Below are positions 39,174-51,401 of a stretch of 64,000 nt of DNA, piece after piece (positions within the stretch are counted from its first letter, which is position 1; the number at the start of each line of letters is the position of its first letter). The position numbers were made by a program, and so were the translations under genes. The notes beneath the pieces are model-generated. The model saw only the letters and a list, made by a program, of their open reading frames with translations. It was not told the DNA's origin and searched no databases. Source of the stretch: a virus (lineage: Duplodnaviria; Caudoviricetes); the IMG/VR virus record IMGVR_UViG_3300021400_001615, positions 96,884-160,883 of that record; one strand, written 5' to 3'.

Positions 39174-39611
39174 ATGCCTTTAGTTGGGTCTTTGTCAAAA
39201 CCAAGTTCCTTGGTAGGATCACTATCCTCTCCTAGAAAATTATCCGGAAGCGTTTCGAAGGTTCCCGGATTTTCTGGCAAACTGTCAAATGTTACTCTCC
39301 GAGGATATTCGGCATATGATTTAGCCGTTCTTGCGGGATTTGAAGGCACCGAAGAGGAATGGCTGGCAAGCCTTCGTGCCGAAAGAATCGAGATGAGAAA
39401 CAATGATGGAGTGCTAGAATACAAATATGAAAATGAGGACACTTGGACTGAGTTGATAGACTTAAGAGTCACAATGGGTGACTATGAAAATTTAATTAAT
39501 CGACCGAGCATTGACGGCACATTATTATCCGGTGACAGAGATCTGAGCGAGGATTATTTGCGCAATGATCGGGCATTAACTAATTTGGAAATTGAAGAAT
39601 TATTACAGTAA
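39174..39611 (+). CDS. Phage structural/adaptor protein (copy 2)
   Basis: SAYDLAVLAGFEGTEEEWLASL...LEYKYENEDTWTELIDL...LTNLEIEELL. Paralog of 34122. Confidence 0.6.
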   Translation: MPLVGSLSKPSSLVGSLSSPRKLSGSVSKVPGFSGKLSNVTLRGYSAYDLAVLAGFEGTEEEWLASLRAERIEMRNNDGVLEYKYENEDTWTELIDLRVTMGDYENLINRPSIDGTLLSGDRDLSEDYLRNDRALTNLEIEELLQ

Positions 39612-39625
39612 AGGAGGTTTGAAAT

Positions 39626-40438
39626 ATGGCACAGAAACGTTATGTTGATGATAATGGTTTACTGTATGTATGGAATAAAATCAAATCATACGTTGCGTCA
39701 GTAGTTCCAACGAAGTAGTCTGACTTGACCAATGATGATTACACTGTTAAAGATCCTCAGTACGGAACTTACAAAAATAAAGTAGATACTATTGAGGGTA
39801 AGATTGATGATATTGTCAGCACAGGTGGTGAACCAAACGTCATCGAATCTGTTCAAGTAAATGGTGCGGCTCTTCCAGTCGCAAACAAAGCAGTAAACCT
39901 TACTACTGCTACTGGATCAACCAATGGTTCTATTGCTATTAATGGGACAGACGTAGCTGTCAAAGGATTAGGTACGGCAGCTTATGCCAACACCAATGCG
40001 TTTGATGTGAATGGTGCGGCCAATATGGTGCTTGGCACAGACACTGATACTGCCGGAACTGCTACGGTGCATGGTGCTTTGGCATCTGCCGCCGCTGCCC
40101 AAGCCGATGTTGATCGAGTGAAGAATGCTGGTTACCAGACTGCCGCCCAGGTTTCCGCTGCTATTAATGATGCAATCGGTGATATTACCGGAATTTCTTA
40201 TCAGGTAGTTACAGAACTTCCGGCTACTGGTGAATCCGGTGTAATTTATCTGAAAGCAAATGGCGGTACTAATCCGAATATTTATGACGAGTATATTTGG
40301 TACAACAACACATATGAGAAAATTGGCACAACAGATGTTGACCTGAGTGATTACATGCTTACCTCTGATCTGGTAGCATTAACTAACTCTGAAATTGACG
40401 CTATTATTGCAAGATCTACACCGTCCTCGAATCCATAA
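39626..40438 (+). CDS. Fibre protein, paralog of 34522, TAG=Gln
   Basis: AGGAGG RBS and one early TAG. NVIESVQVNG, and C-terminal VVTELPATGESGVIYL...YDEYIW...DVDLSDY. Confidence 0.7.
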
Positions 40439-40456
40439 TGAAGCGAGGTGGTATGT

Positions 40457-40849
40457 ATGATGCAAGTTTTAGATAAAGCGGGTATACAATATCTAGTTAG
40501 TCAATTAGGAATAATGATTAATCAGAGGACTCCTTTTATTGCTAAAACTACCGCAGAATGGAATGCAGATGTAACCGTTGAATCACAGCCGGGATACATC
40601 TATATTTACACAGATTATAAAACATCTACTAAGAATGGGACTACCATATCTATTCCTGGCATTAAGTTCGGGACAGGTAACGCATTTGTCGTCGATTTGC
40701 CATTCTTAGGTATAGATGATGAGGCAATTTGGAGTCATATTAACAATGGCAACATCCATGTTACTTCAGAAGAGAAAGCATTCTGGAATAATAAGGTCAC
40801 TGTTGTCGATGATATTACCAATGAAACATTGGTTTTATCAAGATAGTAA
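40457..40849 (+). CDS. Small tail-associated protein
   Basis: KTTAEWN...YIYTDY...GIKFGTG...DLPF...HVTSEEKAFWN. Ends TAG-TAA. Confidence 0.6.
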
Positions 40850-40873
40850 AAATGACGAAAGGAGATAAAGACT

Positions 40874-41890
40874 ATGGCAAATGAATTGTCTAAAATTAAA
40901 ATGCCAACTGGCACTGAGTATGCAATTAAAGATGCCACCGCCAGAAATGAGATTGAATAGCTTAAAACCGCTATGACCGGAAAAGTTACTCCTATTGGTA
41001 CTACTACTACCGCATTAACTGATCAGGCAACGACAAATCCTATCAAGATTAATAATGCTGATGTAACTGCTGTTGCCGGTAATCTGGTTTATTATAATAA
41101 GAAAGAATTTATTTTTGATGGAACTAAGTGGATCGAACTTGGCGACCTTAGTTCTCTCGGTTCTTTAGCATATAAGAATTCTGCAACTGGTAAATTTACA
41201 CCGGCTGGTAGCGTATCTCAGCCAACATTTAATGGTACGGAATCTAGTGTAACCGTTACAGCTACAGAAAATACGAGCGGTGCTTTTCAGCCTGGTGGTA
41301 CGGTTTCTAAGCCATCATTTACTGGTGCGTCCATGACTAGTACTGGTAAGTTTACACCAGCTGGTAATATAACTATTTCTCAAGCAACTAGCGGTACCAC
41401 GAACTTTACACCGGCTGGCACTGTGGCTGCACCAACAATTACGATTACCGAAAGCGAATCAGCTACCACTACTATCAAGAATCCCACGAGCAAGACAGTT
41501 GCTACCGCAATTGCTACCGCTGCCCCTGGGTCAACCGCACCGGCGAACGCTGTTACATTATTTAGCGTCAGTGGTGAAACGCTCACTTTAAATCAGATCG
41601 GTTATACAACTGGCGCATCAATTAGTACGTCTGACGTAAGTGTTAAAAAAGGAGCAGCTTCCTACACTGCTACTGCTACTGCCCCGAAATTTACTGGAAC
41701 TGCAACTGTTATTTCGGCATCATTCGCCGGTACTCAGGGTAATGTATCTGTTAGTGGTACAACCACTGGCGATGTATCTCAGCCGACGTTTACCGGCAAG
41801 AAATATAACCTGTCTGGTAAGACAACGGCATCTGGTACTGTAACTAAGCCGACGTTTACTGGTACAGAGGGTAATGTCACAGTGAGCTAA
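40874..41890 (+). CDS. Thr/Gly-rich fibre with FTPAG/PTFTG repeats, TAG=Gln
   Basis: AGGAG RBS and one TAG near the 5' end. Repeated TPAGxVSxPTFTG. Confidence 0.7.
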
Positions 41891-41927
41891 TGACTATGAA
41901 TAGACATAAACACAAGGAGGTGAAAAC

Positions 41928-43298
41928 ATGTCAGATTTGAGTTCAATTAAACTTCCAAACAATACGACTTATAACCTCAAAGATTCGAACGCCTTAGCTT
42001 CACTGGAATTTGCCGATCATTCGATTATCGCACATAAACGTAATGGTGGAACTGCTGAAATAGATATTGGAAATTTTGATGCTCTTTAGGTAACAGATCT
42101 GACAGCCGGTAATCTCGTGGTTACCGGTGCCGCCAGATTCACAAATGGAATTTATGGTAATTTAACTGGGGGTGTAACTGGAGATGTTAGTGGTACTTCT
42201 TCCGGTGTTAGAGATAATAAAAATGGAAATACTATAACAATAGAATATTCAAGCAGTGGTTTAGCAAGTGCTACTTGGTTCCCGGCATTTTCGGGATATG
42301 GGATCTATCCAATTAGCGTAGCCAACATGAAGAAATCTCTTGGACTAGATTAGGTTAATAATACTGCTGATGCGAATAAGGCAGTTGGAAGTGCAACAAA
42401 CGCCACGTACTTAACTCACAAGACATTAGATAGCACTACAATCAATAATACCGCCGGGACATTCGCATTCTCCGGGTCTGGCGATCCGTGGGCTGGTTGC
42501 GATTGGGTCGGATTGCAAGTTGGAGATAACGTCGATAAGTTCCAGATTACGAGATACAATACCGATATGATATTTAGATATAATGATAGTGGCGGGACTG
42601 ATGCCAGTGGTTGGTCGAGTTGGAAGGTGCTACTCGATCAAGGAAATTATTCCAATTATGCCCTTCCATTAACTGGCGGTACTATAACAGGTACGCTTGT
42701 ATTATCAAAGACAAACGATGTATCTGGTACAGCTAATAATTCTCCGGCGTTGATTGTTGGGGGAACTGCTACTCAAAGCCATATAGAAGTTGATGCTAAT
42801 GAGATCTAGGCTAAGGCAAGCGGTACTACTACTATGTAGCTTAATCTTAATATTGATGGCGGTGTTGTCGCATTGGGCAATGGTGCAAAAGTAACAGTGA
42901 ACGATGGTGTAGTAACGGCAACTGGTTTAAAAGCTACTAGTTATATATCAGCAAACTCTGGTAATAGCGGAACTGCTGGCGGAATTGCTCTTTATAATAT
43001 TACACCAGATGCTTATGGTATAGCAATGAGATAGACCACCAATAGTGGTAATCATGGATTTGTTTCTGGAGACTGGGCAATATATTCATATATGAGTGGT
43101 GCTAATTCTACAAATCATGCTACTAGAGGATGGATTTTGAAAAATGCTACATCTAAAACCTGCGTAGCGTCTGTATCTGGTTTGGGCAACGCAGTATTTA
43201 ATGGTTCTGTTACCGTTGGGGGAAATGATGAGAATACATCTGGATGCAGAATGGAGTTCAATGCTACGACAAATTCACTTGATTTTATTTTTAGTTGA
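41928..43298 (+). CDS. Tail fibre protein, TAG=Gln, 456 aa
   Basis: Joins same-frame fragments 42117, 42513 and 43092. Motifs [13 protein letters not shown] and [10 protein letters not shown]. Confidence 0.7.
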
Positions 43299-43312
43299 TG
43301 GGGGTGAAATTA

Positions 43313-45187
43313 ATGAGTTTATTAGTTTGGTTACCCCTAAATGGTGATATACATAACTAGGGCATAGAAGATGTGGAAATGGCAAAAGGCACATATGTGT
43401 CATTTACTAATAATGGTATACTCGGTAGTTGTGCAACGTCATCTGTGAGTAACAATACAATATAGATAACTATGCCGAATCTCCCCAAAAATTTTGCAAA
43501 TGGTAAAAAATACACTCTCACTTGTTGGGTTAAAGCTACTGGAAATGCAAGTAATGGTTGGGTTGTTCATATAGGTAGTAATAGTTGTGGATTATGGTGG
43601 GCAAAATCAACGGCTAGATGGGTATGGAATGAAAATGATAATGGAAAAACATTCGTTAATCCAACAATAAGTAGTGATTATGATAATTGGCATCATCTCG
43701 CAGTTACTGTTGATAAAACGGTAAGCGGATAGATTACTACTCATGCTTATGTAGACGGATCGCCATCGAGTGGATACGAAACATTTACATGGGACTCTTC
43801 TTCGCAAGAATAGCCAACCGGTGATAAGATATAGATTTATCCATATTATGCTTATATGAATGATGTACGAATTTATGACGAGGAATTATCTCCCCGGCAA
43901 ATTGCCGAGATTGCCAAGGGGTTGGTGCTTCATTATAAATTGAGTAGCTATGGAAACGAAAACATACTGCCTAATTCGTATACTAGAAATAACATAGACT
44001 GGGGAAATGGTAATAGATCTGCCATAGATTAGGATGAAACTGGTGATGGGATGACCGTTGTTAAACTTACCGGATCAAATGCTGACTGGCAATCACGGAC
44101 GTTTACAAGTTAGTCTGCCCAGAATTACATTCCATACTCTTCGATACGTAACAAAACAGTGACTTTTTCGTGTTGGGTTAAAGCAAACAAGGTGGTAACT
44201 TTGGGGGTGACGTTTTCGCTAAGAACAAATTCTTCATCTTCGCGTACAAAATATTTTACTGGGGGAAACATTTCGCCAACAACAGAATGGCAGAGGCAAT
44301 CTTTTACCATTGATATAACAGATGCAAAATTTGCTGCTGGTAGTGGAACAGTAGCAACGACAGATAGGTTTTTTATTGAATTATATAATCATACAAATGA
44401 TTTAATTATTTGGACAAAAGGTTGGAAGCTAGAATATGGCGACAAAATGACACCATGGATGCCAAACGGTGTTGATCCAGAATATGTGAATGGTGGATTT
44501 AATAATGATGTCGAGCCAGATGTTAGTGGTTATGGACATGATGGATCTCGTGGCGGCGAAGAAATTACATATTTGACAGATACACCAAGATACAGCAGTT
44601 GTTATAATTTTGCTCTTAATGCAAAATCAAGGATAATACTTCCGAATATTCTATATGAAAATATGCCATATGGAACTGTATCTCTTTGGTTGAAGCCCAA
44701 TATGTTTAAGTATTGGACTCATTTTTTATGTATTATGAATAGCTACAATTGGAATGCAACGACAAACGATTTTATTATTATAGCAACAGCAAGTAATCAA
44801 AATGACTCATCAGCTACGTCTGCTACTGTCAATATTGATTGTTGCTCATTTAAAAAAGCATTAACAATGACTGCGGGAACTTGGTATCACATAGCCGTCG
44901 TATGGGATGCAGTTAATTATAAAATTTATATGTATGTGGACGGGGTTTTATCTGCCACGCATAACGATGCTAGTACAAAAAGGCTTGATACTTATCGTGC
45001 TTGTCATAATAACCATTTCATTGGTAATGGTTTTGCTTCAGATACTTACCGTGGCGATTTTGATATATCAGATTTTCGAATCTACTCAACTGCCCTATCC
45101 GCCGATCAAGTCAAGGAACTTTATGACACACCCATATCATTGGATAGTAATGGCACACTGTTTGCCAATGAATTTGTGGAAGAATAA
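43313..45187 (+). CDS. LamG/concanavalin-A-like domain tail protein (copy 1), TAG=Gln, 624 aa
   Basis: MSLLVWLPLNGD. Two WHH/WYHxAV...YVDG...DxRIY units flank a CBM-like KLEYG...TPW domain. Confidence 0.75.
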
Positions 45188-45200
45188 GGGGGTGGCTGAG

Positions 45201-47000
45201 ATGAGTTTAAGAGTTTGGTTACCTCTAAATGGTGATGCTAGGAATTAGGGGCTAATAAATAGTGTTCCCGTTGTGAATGGTGGCACTTGGGATAATGGCA
45301 AAATTGGCAAATGTTATAATAGCGGTGGCACTGGATGGATTAATTTAAATAGCACCATCACATTAAATTCCGCTTTTACAATAGCTCTGTGGCTAAAAGT
45401 TAATTCATTTAATGCTGCTTGGGCAAGAGTTTTTGGATTTTATAAAAATGGAAATGAATATTGTGGTATGTGCTATTCAAACACTAATAGTGTTGGATTT
45501 CATATATATGACGATGTTAACGGAACAAAAACAAAAGTATATGATGCTTATAGATACCATCCAGTTATTGGTGAATGGGCGCATATAGCTATTGTATTTA
45601 ATGGGTCTAGCACTATTCAATGGTTTAAAGATGGTGATTTGATATATACAGAAAATAATATAACTCTTCCAGTTAACAATAGTTATTCAATAAACGGACT
45701 ATGTACTATTGGTAATGGTGGCAATAAATCCGATTGCTCAATAAATGATTTCCGCCTCTACGACACTGCTCTCTCCGAGAACGAAATAAGGAGATTGTCC
45801 AGAGGTTTGGTCATGCACTATTCATTGTCGGGGTCTGGTGGGGAGAATTTGATAGTAACCAATTCAATGACTCCCTTATCTGGAACAGCAGGATGGAGTC
45901 ATGCGGGAACTGGTTGGGCAATTTCTAATGTTGTGAGTGCTGAAGCTTCAAACGGTCGTGCAATCCGCTGTACTTATTCGGGAACTACTTAGACATAGGG
46001 CGGTATACATCATCCAACAGGCGTAGATAAAACAACTTTAACAAATGGTGGCACTTATACAGTCTCTGCTCGGATTAGGGCAAGCAAGAATTGTATCGCA
46101 ACCTTTGATAATGAACTAATGGGCATAAATAATTTGATAAATTTAACGCCCGAATGGTAGACGTATTCATTTAGTCATACGATAGATACAAGTAGAAATT
46201 ATCAAAGTAATGTCATCTATGTTCGTGCGCAAGATGTCGAAAAAAATATGTGGATAGAATGCGATTGGTTCAAACTTGAAGAAGGTGCGAAAGCTACTCC
46301 TTGGGTACCAAATTCTGCATCCTCGTTATTTACCATAATGGGATTTAATAACAATATTGAATATGATCTGAGCGGAAATGGATATAATGGAATGAAGAAT
46401 AATGTAGTTGGCTACGGTGATGGACCAAAGAATAATGGGTGCTATTAGTTTAATGGATCAAACTCATATATAAAATGTGAAAGTACACAGTGGATGGTTC
46501 AAGGGAGCGAGGCTATGACTGTCAATTGGTGGGCATATTCAAGTGACTGGTCTGCTGTTACTAATGGTGGGCGTATGATCTCATGTACCGAGGGTGGTGG
46601 CTGGAATATTGAGGGCGGATCAAGTGGATATTTAAAATTCCCGATTAATGTATATACGAATGCGGATAAGACATCGCACGGTTATTAGTCCAATGCCAAC
46701 GCAGTAAAACTCTCAAGTCTTACACCTGGGTGGCATATGTTCACGCTAGTTCGTACAACTACGCAGGAAAAGGTATATATTGATGGGGAACTTCATAGCT
46801 AGGCAAGTTATACATCTTATGGACTTTACTATAATACTAGTGCGAGATTCTTTATTGGTTGTGAAGCAAACGCTGCCAATGCTTATACTCCATACTTCAA
46901 TGGACGAATGTCAGATTTCAGATTATACTACACTGCCCTCTCCGCTGACGATATTCTAGAGCTGTATAAAACGCCAGAGTCATTAATTGGGGGTGATTGA
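45201..47000 (+). CDS. LamG/concanavalin-A-like domain tail protein (copy 2), TAG=Gln, 599 aa
   Basis: MSLRVWLPLNGD, with the same architecture as 43313. Ends TGA 47000. Confidence 0.75.
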
Positions 47001-47001
47001 G

Positions 47002-47562
47002 ATGGTTAGATTTGAGAAGACGGGGGTTGTTGATACAAGCCGGGAAACACTAAATGCAAATTTGTGCGTAGATACTGGAAAGAATTTTGGCACATCATAT
47101 ACGTCATATGGTATTGGCGATTTTAATTTAACAGAAAGTCTTGTGGCAAACCAGGAGTATACAATATCAGCAAAGATAAATACTTCTTCAGAGAAAAAGA
47201 GTGTGGCGTTTTATTTATCTGGGGCATCTATGTAGTTATCGTCATGGATGTCAACGACAAATGATGGATACTATGAATCAACATTTACTGCTACTTCTAC
47301 TCATGCATCTAATACTGCTGGTGCTGGTCATGGCTATATAAGGGTTTATGTATCTAATAATTCCGGTATGCAAGGATCAACAGCATTATCGGGTACGGCG
47401 AATGTTGATTGGCTAAAAATTGAAAAAGGCGAAGTGGCAACACCATGGATATTAAATGAAGCTGATGAGGGATACTCTTCTACCCATGGATTAGCAGAGA
47501 AAGGTTCGGGAATGAGTGTTTACGAGAACTATATACAGACAACAGAATTTATAGAATGGTAA
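47002..47562 (+). CDS. CBM-like tail-associated protein, TAG=Gln
   Basis: Joins fragments 46987 and 47248. WLKIEKGEVATPW motif. Confidence 0.6.
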
Positions 47563-47566
47563 TTAT

Positions 47567-47598
47567 GAGGGCGGTAACAATCCGCTCTCTTTATTTTT
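47567..47598 (+). terminator. Hairpin plus U-tract
   Basis: GAGGGCGG-loop-CCGCTCTC-TTTATTTTT. Confidence 0.65.
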
Positions 47599-47615
47599 GA
47601 AAGGAGATGATTGTT

Positions 47616-49193
47616 ATGGCCATATTAAATGATCTATTGGTAAACGGCGTGAGTAGGTTTATTGGGAAGATCTATGGGAATTTACATGGGAATGTGACTG
47701 TGCCAATTTGTGAATGTACAACGGCTGCTGGTACTGCCGCAAAAACAGCGGATTGTGATGGGTTTGTACTGGAAAAAGGTGCAAAGGTATTGGTGCATTT
47801 TACGAATGCGAACACGGTGGCTGGTCCAACGTTAAACATTAATGGCACTGGACACAAGGCAATTTTTCGTTATGGTGCAACTGCGGTGTCAAACAGTGTG
47901 GCAACCTCGTGGCCAGCTGGTGCCATGATTTCATTAACGTATAATGGAAGTTATTGGTTTATGGATAACTGGACTAATACTGATACGAATACGCATTACA
48001 CTACTCATTTGTATGCGGGAACAGGTACAGCGGCGAATGCGGCGACTGGTTCACCAAAAATAACGGTTACAGACGATTCTACCGTCAGGAATAGTGTTTC
48101 AATTAAGGCAGAAGGTGATTATCTAGCTACAACATCAGACGCATCGGGTAATATTACTATTAGACAATTATACAAAGATCCTCCGCTAATTGATGGTGTT
48201 TATTGTGGCACGTTGGAGGGTGATGAAACGCTCGATGGTATAGCTGTTCCACGAAAGGGCTATGAGGTAAACAGGTATGCCGTATGTTCTACCGCTGCTG
48301 GAACAGCGGCAAAAACAGCAACTATGCAAAATGGGGAATTACTAATTGCAAGTGATAATCCGGGTACTAGAGTTACTGTAAAATTTACTAACAAGAATAC
48401 CGCAAATTCTCCAACGTTAAAGATTGGAGATGATTCTGCCAAAAATATCTACCATAACGGCGCATAGATAACCTCCGGTTCTAATAAGGGTATGCTATAT
48501 GGTGTATGTGACTTTGTGTATGACGGAACTGGTTGGTGCTTAGTTGGTAACTATGTTGATAGCAATACGACATATACTAATGAGAGTCTGGGACAAGGGT
48601 ACGGAACGTGTGATACCGCTGCCGCTACTGCCGCCAAGGTCGTGACGTTATCAAATTATGCGCTTGTAAAGGGTGGAATCGTAAGTGTTAGATTCACGTA
48701 TGATGTTCCCGCTAGTGCTACTATGAATATCAATTCTAAGGGCGCAAAAAACATTCGCTATAACAATGCAAATATTGTTGCCGGAATTGTTGAAGCCGGA
48801 GATACCGCAACGTTCATTTATGATGGAACTTACTATCATTTAATAGCTATAGATAAGTGTGCGGTTCTATCTAATAGCACTTGCACTAAAAACGTTTCTG
48901 GTGGAACCCAAGGGGCAAATGAAGTTTACAAGAAAGGCAACATAGCATCTTTAACCATGGTGATTACCGGATTAAACGTAGTCGCCAACGCCACAAAATT
49001 ATTTACCATTCCAAGCGGATATCATCCGGCTTATGCTTTTTCTGCATATGTTGATGGGGTTTTATCATCAGATGCAACAAGGATTCAGCCCGTTATGTGT
49101 AGTTTTGCTACTGATGGATCTGTAACTGTCACACAGAGTAATTCGGTAAACCTTACACAAATACATATTAGGAATTTTGTTTATATAATTTAA
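47616..49193 (+). CDS. Tail fibre with three CxTAAxTAAK repeat domains, TAG=Gln, 525 aa
   Basis: Joins fragments 47607 and 48492 across a single TAG. Three units CxTAAxTAAK...VxFT...N...YDG. Confidence 0.75.
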
Positions 49194-49263
49194 TTTATGA
49201 GTAATACTATGATTAAAAGGAGTGATACCGTTGAATTAAGTTTTATGAAAGGAAGAAAATGAA

Positions 49264-49758
49264 ATGAGTGATTTATCAACGTTACTAGAATTTGATTGGC
49301 GGAATGGCATTCTATTTCTTGCAGCTATCGTGATAGTTGCCGTTTTCGCAATCCAGAAATTCGATTGGATAGTAGAAAGATTTGGTTTTAAGTCAAGACG
49401 ATAGTTGGCTGAAGAGAAATAGAATCGGGATATTGATGAGTTAAGAAATCACGCAAAGAAAACGGATGATAATATTGATAAGATACTTTCTCATGTTGAA
49501 AAGATGGGTGAACAGGTTAATGAAATTTCTGAACAGGTGAAACGTCTGAGAGAAAGAATGGACGAAAGTGACCGATCAACTTTAGGGGATAGACTCACAC
49601 AGGCTTATAATTTCTACCGGAAATCTGGACAATGGACTCAGATACAGAAATGGGCATTTGACGGAATGGTTAAGAGTTATAAACAATCTGGTGGTGACTC
49701 ATGGATAGATGAAGTTGTAGTACCCACAAGTAGAACTTGGGAGATTATTGATGAGTAA
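49264..49758 (+). CDS. Membrane-anchored coiled-coil protein of the lysis cassette (holin-associated), TAG=Gln
   Basis: N-terminal TM helix GILFLAAIVIVAVFAI, two TAGs and a coiled coil. C-terminal YKQSGGDS. Confidence 0.6.
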
Positions 49759-49770
49759 GAGGTGAAACTA

Positions 49771-50013
49771 ATGAAGAAGACGAAAAAGACAATGAATCTT
49801 ATACTTCTTGTTATTGCGATTGTTTTAATTGTTTTTACGGTAACTATGATAGCTGTTTTTCTGAGGGTTGGAAGTTGCCCAGATATTCTGATCACGAGCG
49901 TGTTTGGAGCTTGTTTGGGCGAATTCGGTTTTATGGCCTGGATAAAAAACACAAAGGAACGTAATGTTCAGTATGACAACAATGGTAATATTATTAGCGA
50001 ATAGGAGGAATGA
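49771..50013 (+). CDS. Small two-TM protein, putative holin
   Basis: Two hydrophobic segments and a PDILI...GEFGFMAWIK motif. Reads TAG-GAG-GAA-TGA at the end. Confidence 0.55.
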
Positions 50014-50020
50014 TTTATTT

Positions 50021-50962
50021 ATGCCGAATGATTATTCTGTATATATGCACATTACTCCAAATAATAAATATTATATTGGTATTACTAGGCAATACCCAGT
50101 TGAAAAACGATGGAAAAATGGATTAGGTTATAAGTCACAATACTTTTATAGGGCCATACAAAAATATGGTTGGGATAATATAAAACATATTATCGTCGCA
50201 AATAAATTAACCTGTGATGAAGCTAAACAAATGGAATAGCAATTAATTGTTAAACATAAATCTAATTTTAGAGAATATGGTTATAATTTAACTAGTGGCG
50301 GTGATAATCATGACTGTCCAGTAACTGAAGAAACTAGATTAAAAATAAAACTTGGCAATTCTACACCAATATACCAATTTGACATGGATTATAATTTTAT
50401 AAAAGAATATTCTGGAATTAGAGAGGCCCAAAAAGAATTAGGGTTATCATCAAAAAGTGGGATTATATAGAGTTGTTCATTACAGCTTGTATCGTCTTAC
50501 GGATATATATGGAGATATAAAAAAGATGTAATTGATCCAATGGACAAATCGTGTATACCCAAAAGATTAGAAAAAAGAATACAAAAACCTATTTATCAAA
50601 TCAATATATAGACAAGAGAATATATTATATGGGAAAACATTTCGTCTGCCGTGGAAAAAACTGGATTTAATTATCAAGATATATATTCTTGTTGTAAGAA
50701 TAGAATCAAATCTTATCATGGATATAAATGGAAATTTTGTGATGACATCATTAATATCGAAAAATATATTTTAGATGATAATAATTTCAAAAATACAAAC
50801 GGAAAATCGGTATATTAGTACGACTTAAACAATAACTTAATTTAGTTTTTTACATCTATATCAGAAGCATCACGGATATTGCATTTGAATAGAAAATCGA
50901 TTGCTCGTGCATGCAATGATGATATTGGATATTATGGTGGTTTTATATGGAAATATGCATAA
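50021..50962 (+). CDS. Free-standing GIY-YIG homing endonuclease with three NUMOD1-like repeats, TAG=Gln, 313 aa
   Basis: SVYMH...KYYIGIT...RW...AIQKYGWDN...E...GYNLTSGG. Repeats PIYQFD, PIYQIN and SVY*YDL each end in GYxW/GFIW. Five in-frame TAGs. Confidence 0.85.
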
Positions 50963-50980
50963 AATATGGAGGTAAAACAA

Positions 50981-51367
50981 ATGAAAGGTGTTCAGAATTT
51001 TCTTACGTTTATTTACAATAACTACGTATCCATTTTAGTATGTATTGGTTTAATAATCGGGATCATCAAGAGGGTCATGGACTTCCTTGGAAAGACAGAC
51101 GAGGAAAAGATTGCTGTTGCTAAGAAACAGGTTCAGGAGGCAATGCTGAAGATGATTACATCTGCCGAGAAGGATTTTTCCGATTGGGAGAAAGCGGGAT
51201 CTATTAAGAGATCTCAGGTAATCAAACAGGTGTATGCTGATTATCCTATCCTCTCCAAGGTTGTTGACCAGGAGGATCTGATTAAATGGATTGATGTACA
51301 GATTGATAGTTCTTTGAAGACTCTTAGAGAAGTTATTAAAGAGAACGAAGATAAGGATGCCCAGTAA
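50981..51367 (+). CDS. Putative holin (LL-H-like)
   Basis: Single N-terminal TM helix and AEKDF...GSIKRSQV motif. Directly precedes the endolysin. No TAG. Confidence 0.6.
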   Translation: MKGVQNFLTFIYNNYVSILVCIGLIIGIIKRVMDFLGKTDEEKIAVAKKQVQEAMLKMITSAEKDFSDWEKAGSIKRSQVIKQVYADYPILSKVVDQEDLIKWIDVQIDSSLKTLREVIKENEDKDAQ

Positions 51368-51401
51368 TGGGTGTCCTTATTATTTAAAGTGAGGTGATCT
51401 T

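Noticed and set aside
50005-50980. Group I intron around the GIY-YIG gene
   Set aside because: No R/S core elements or room for them, and the flanking genes are complete.
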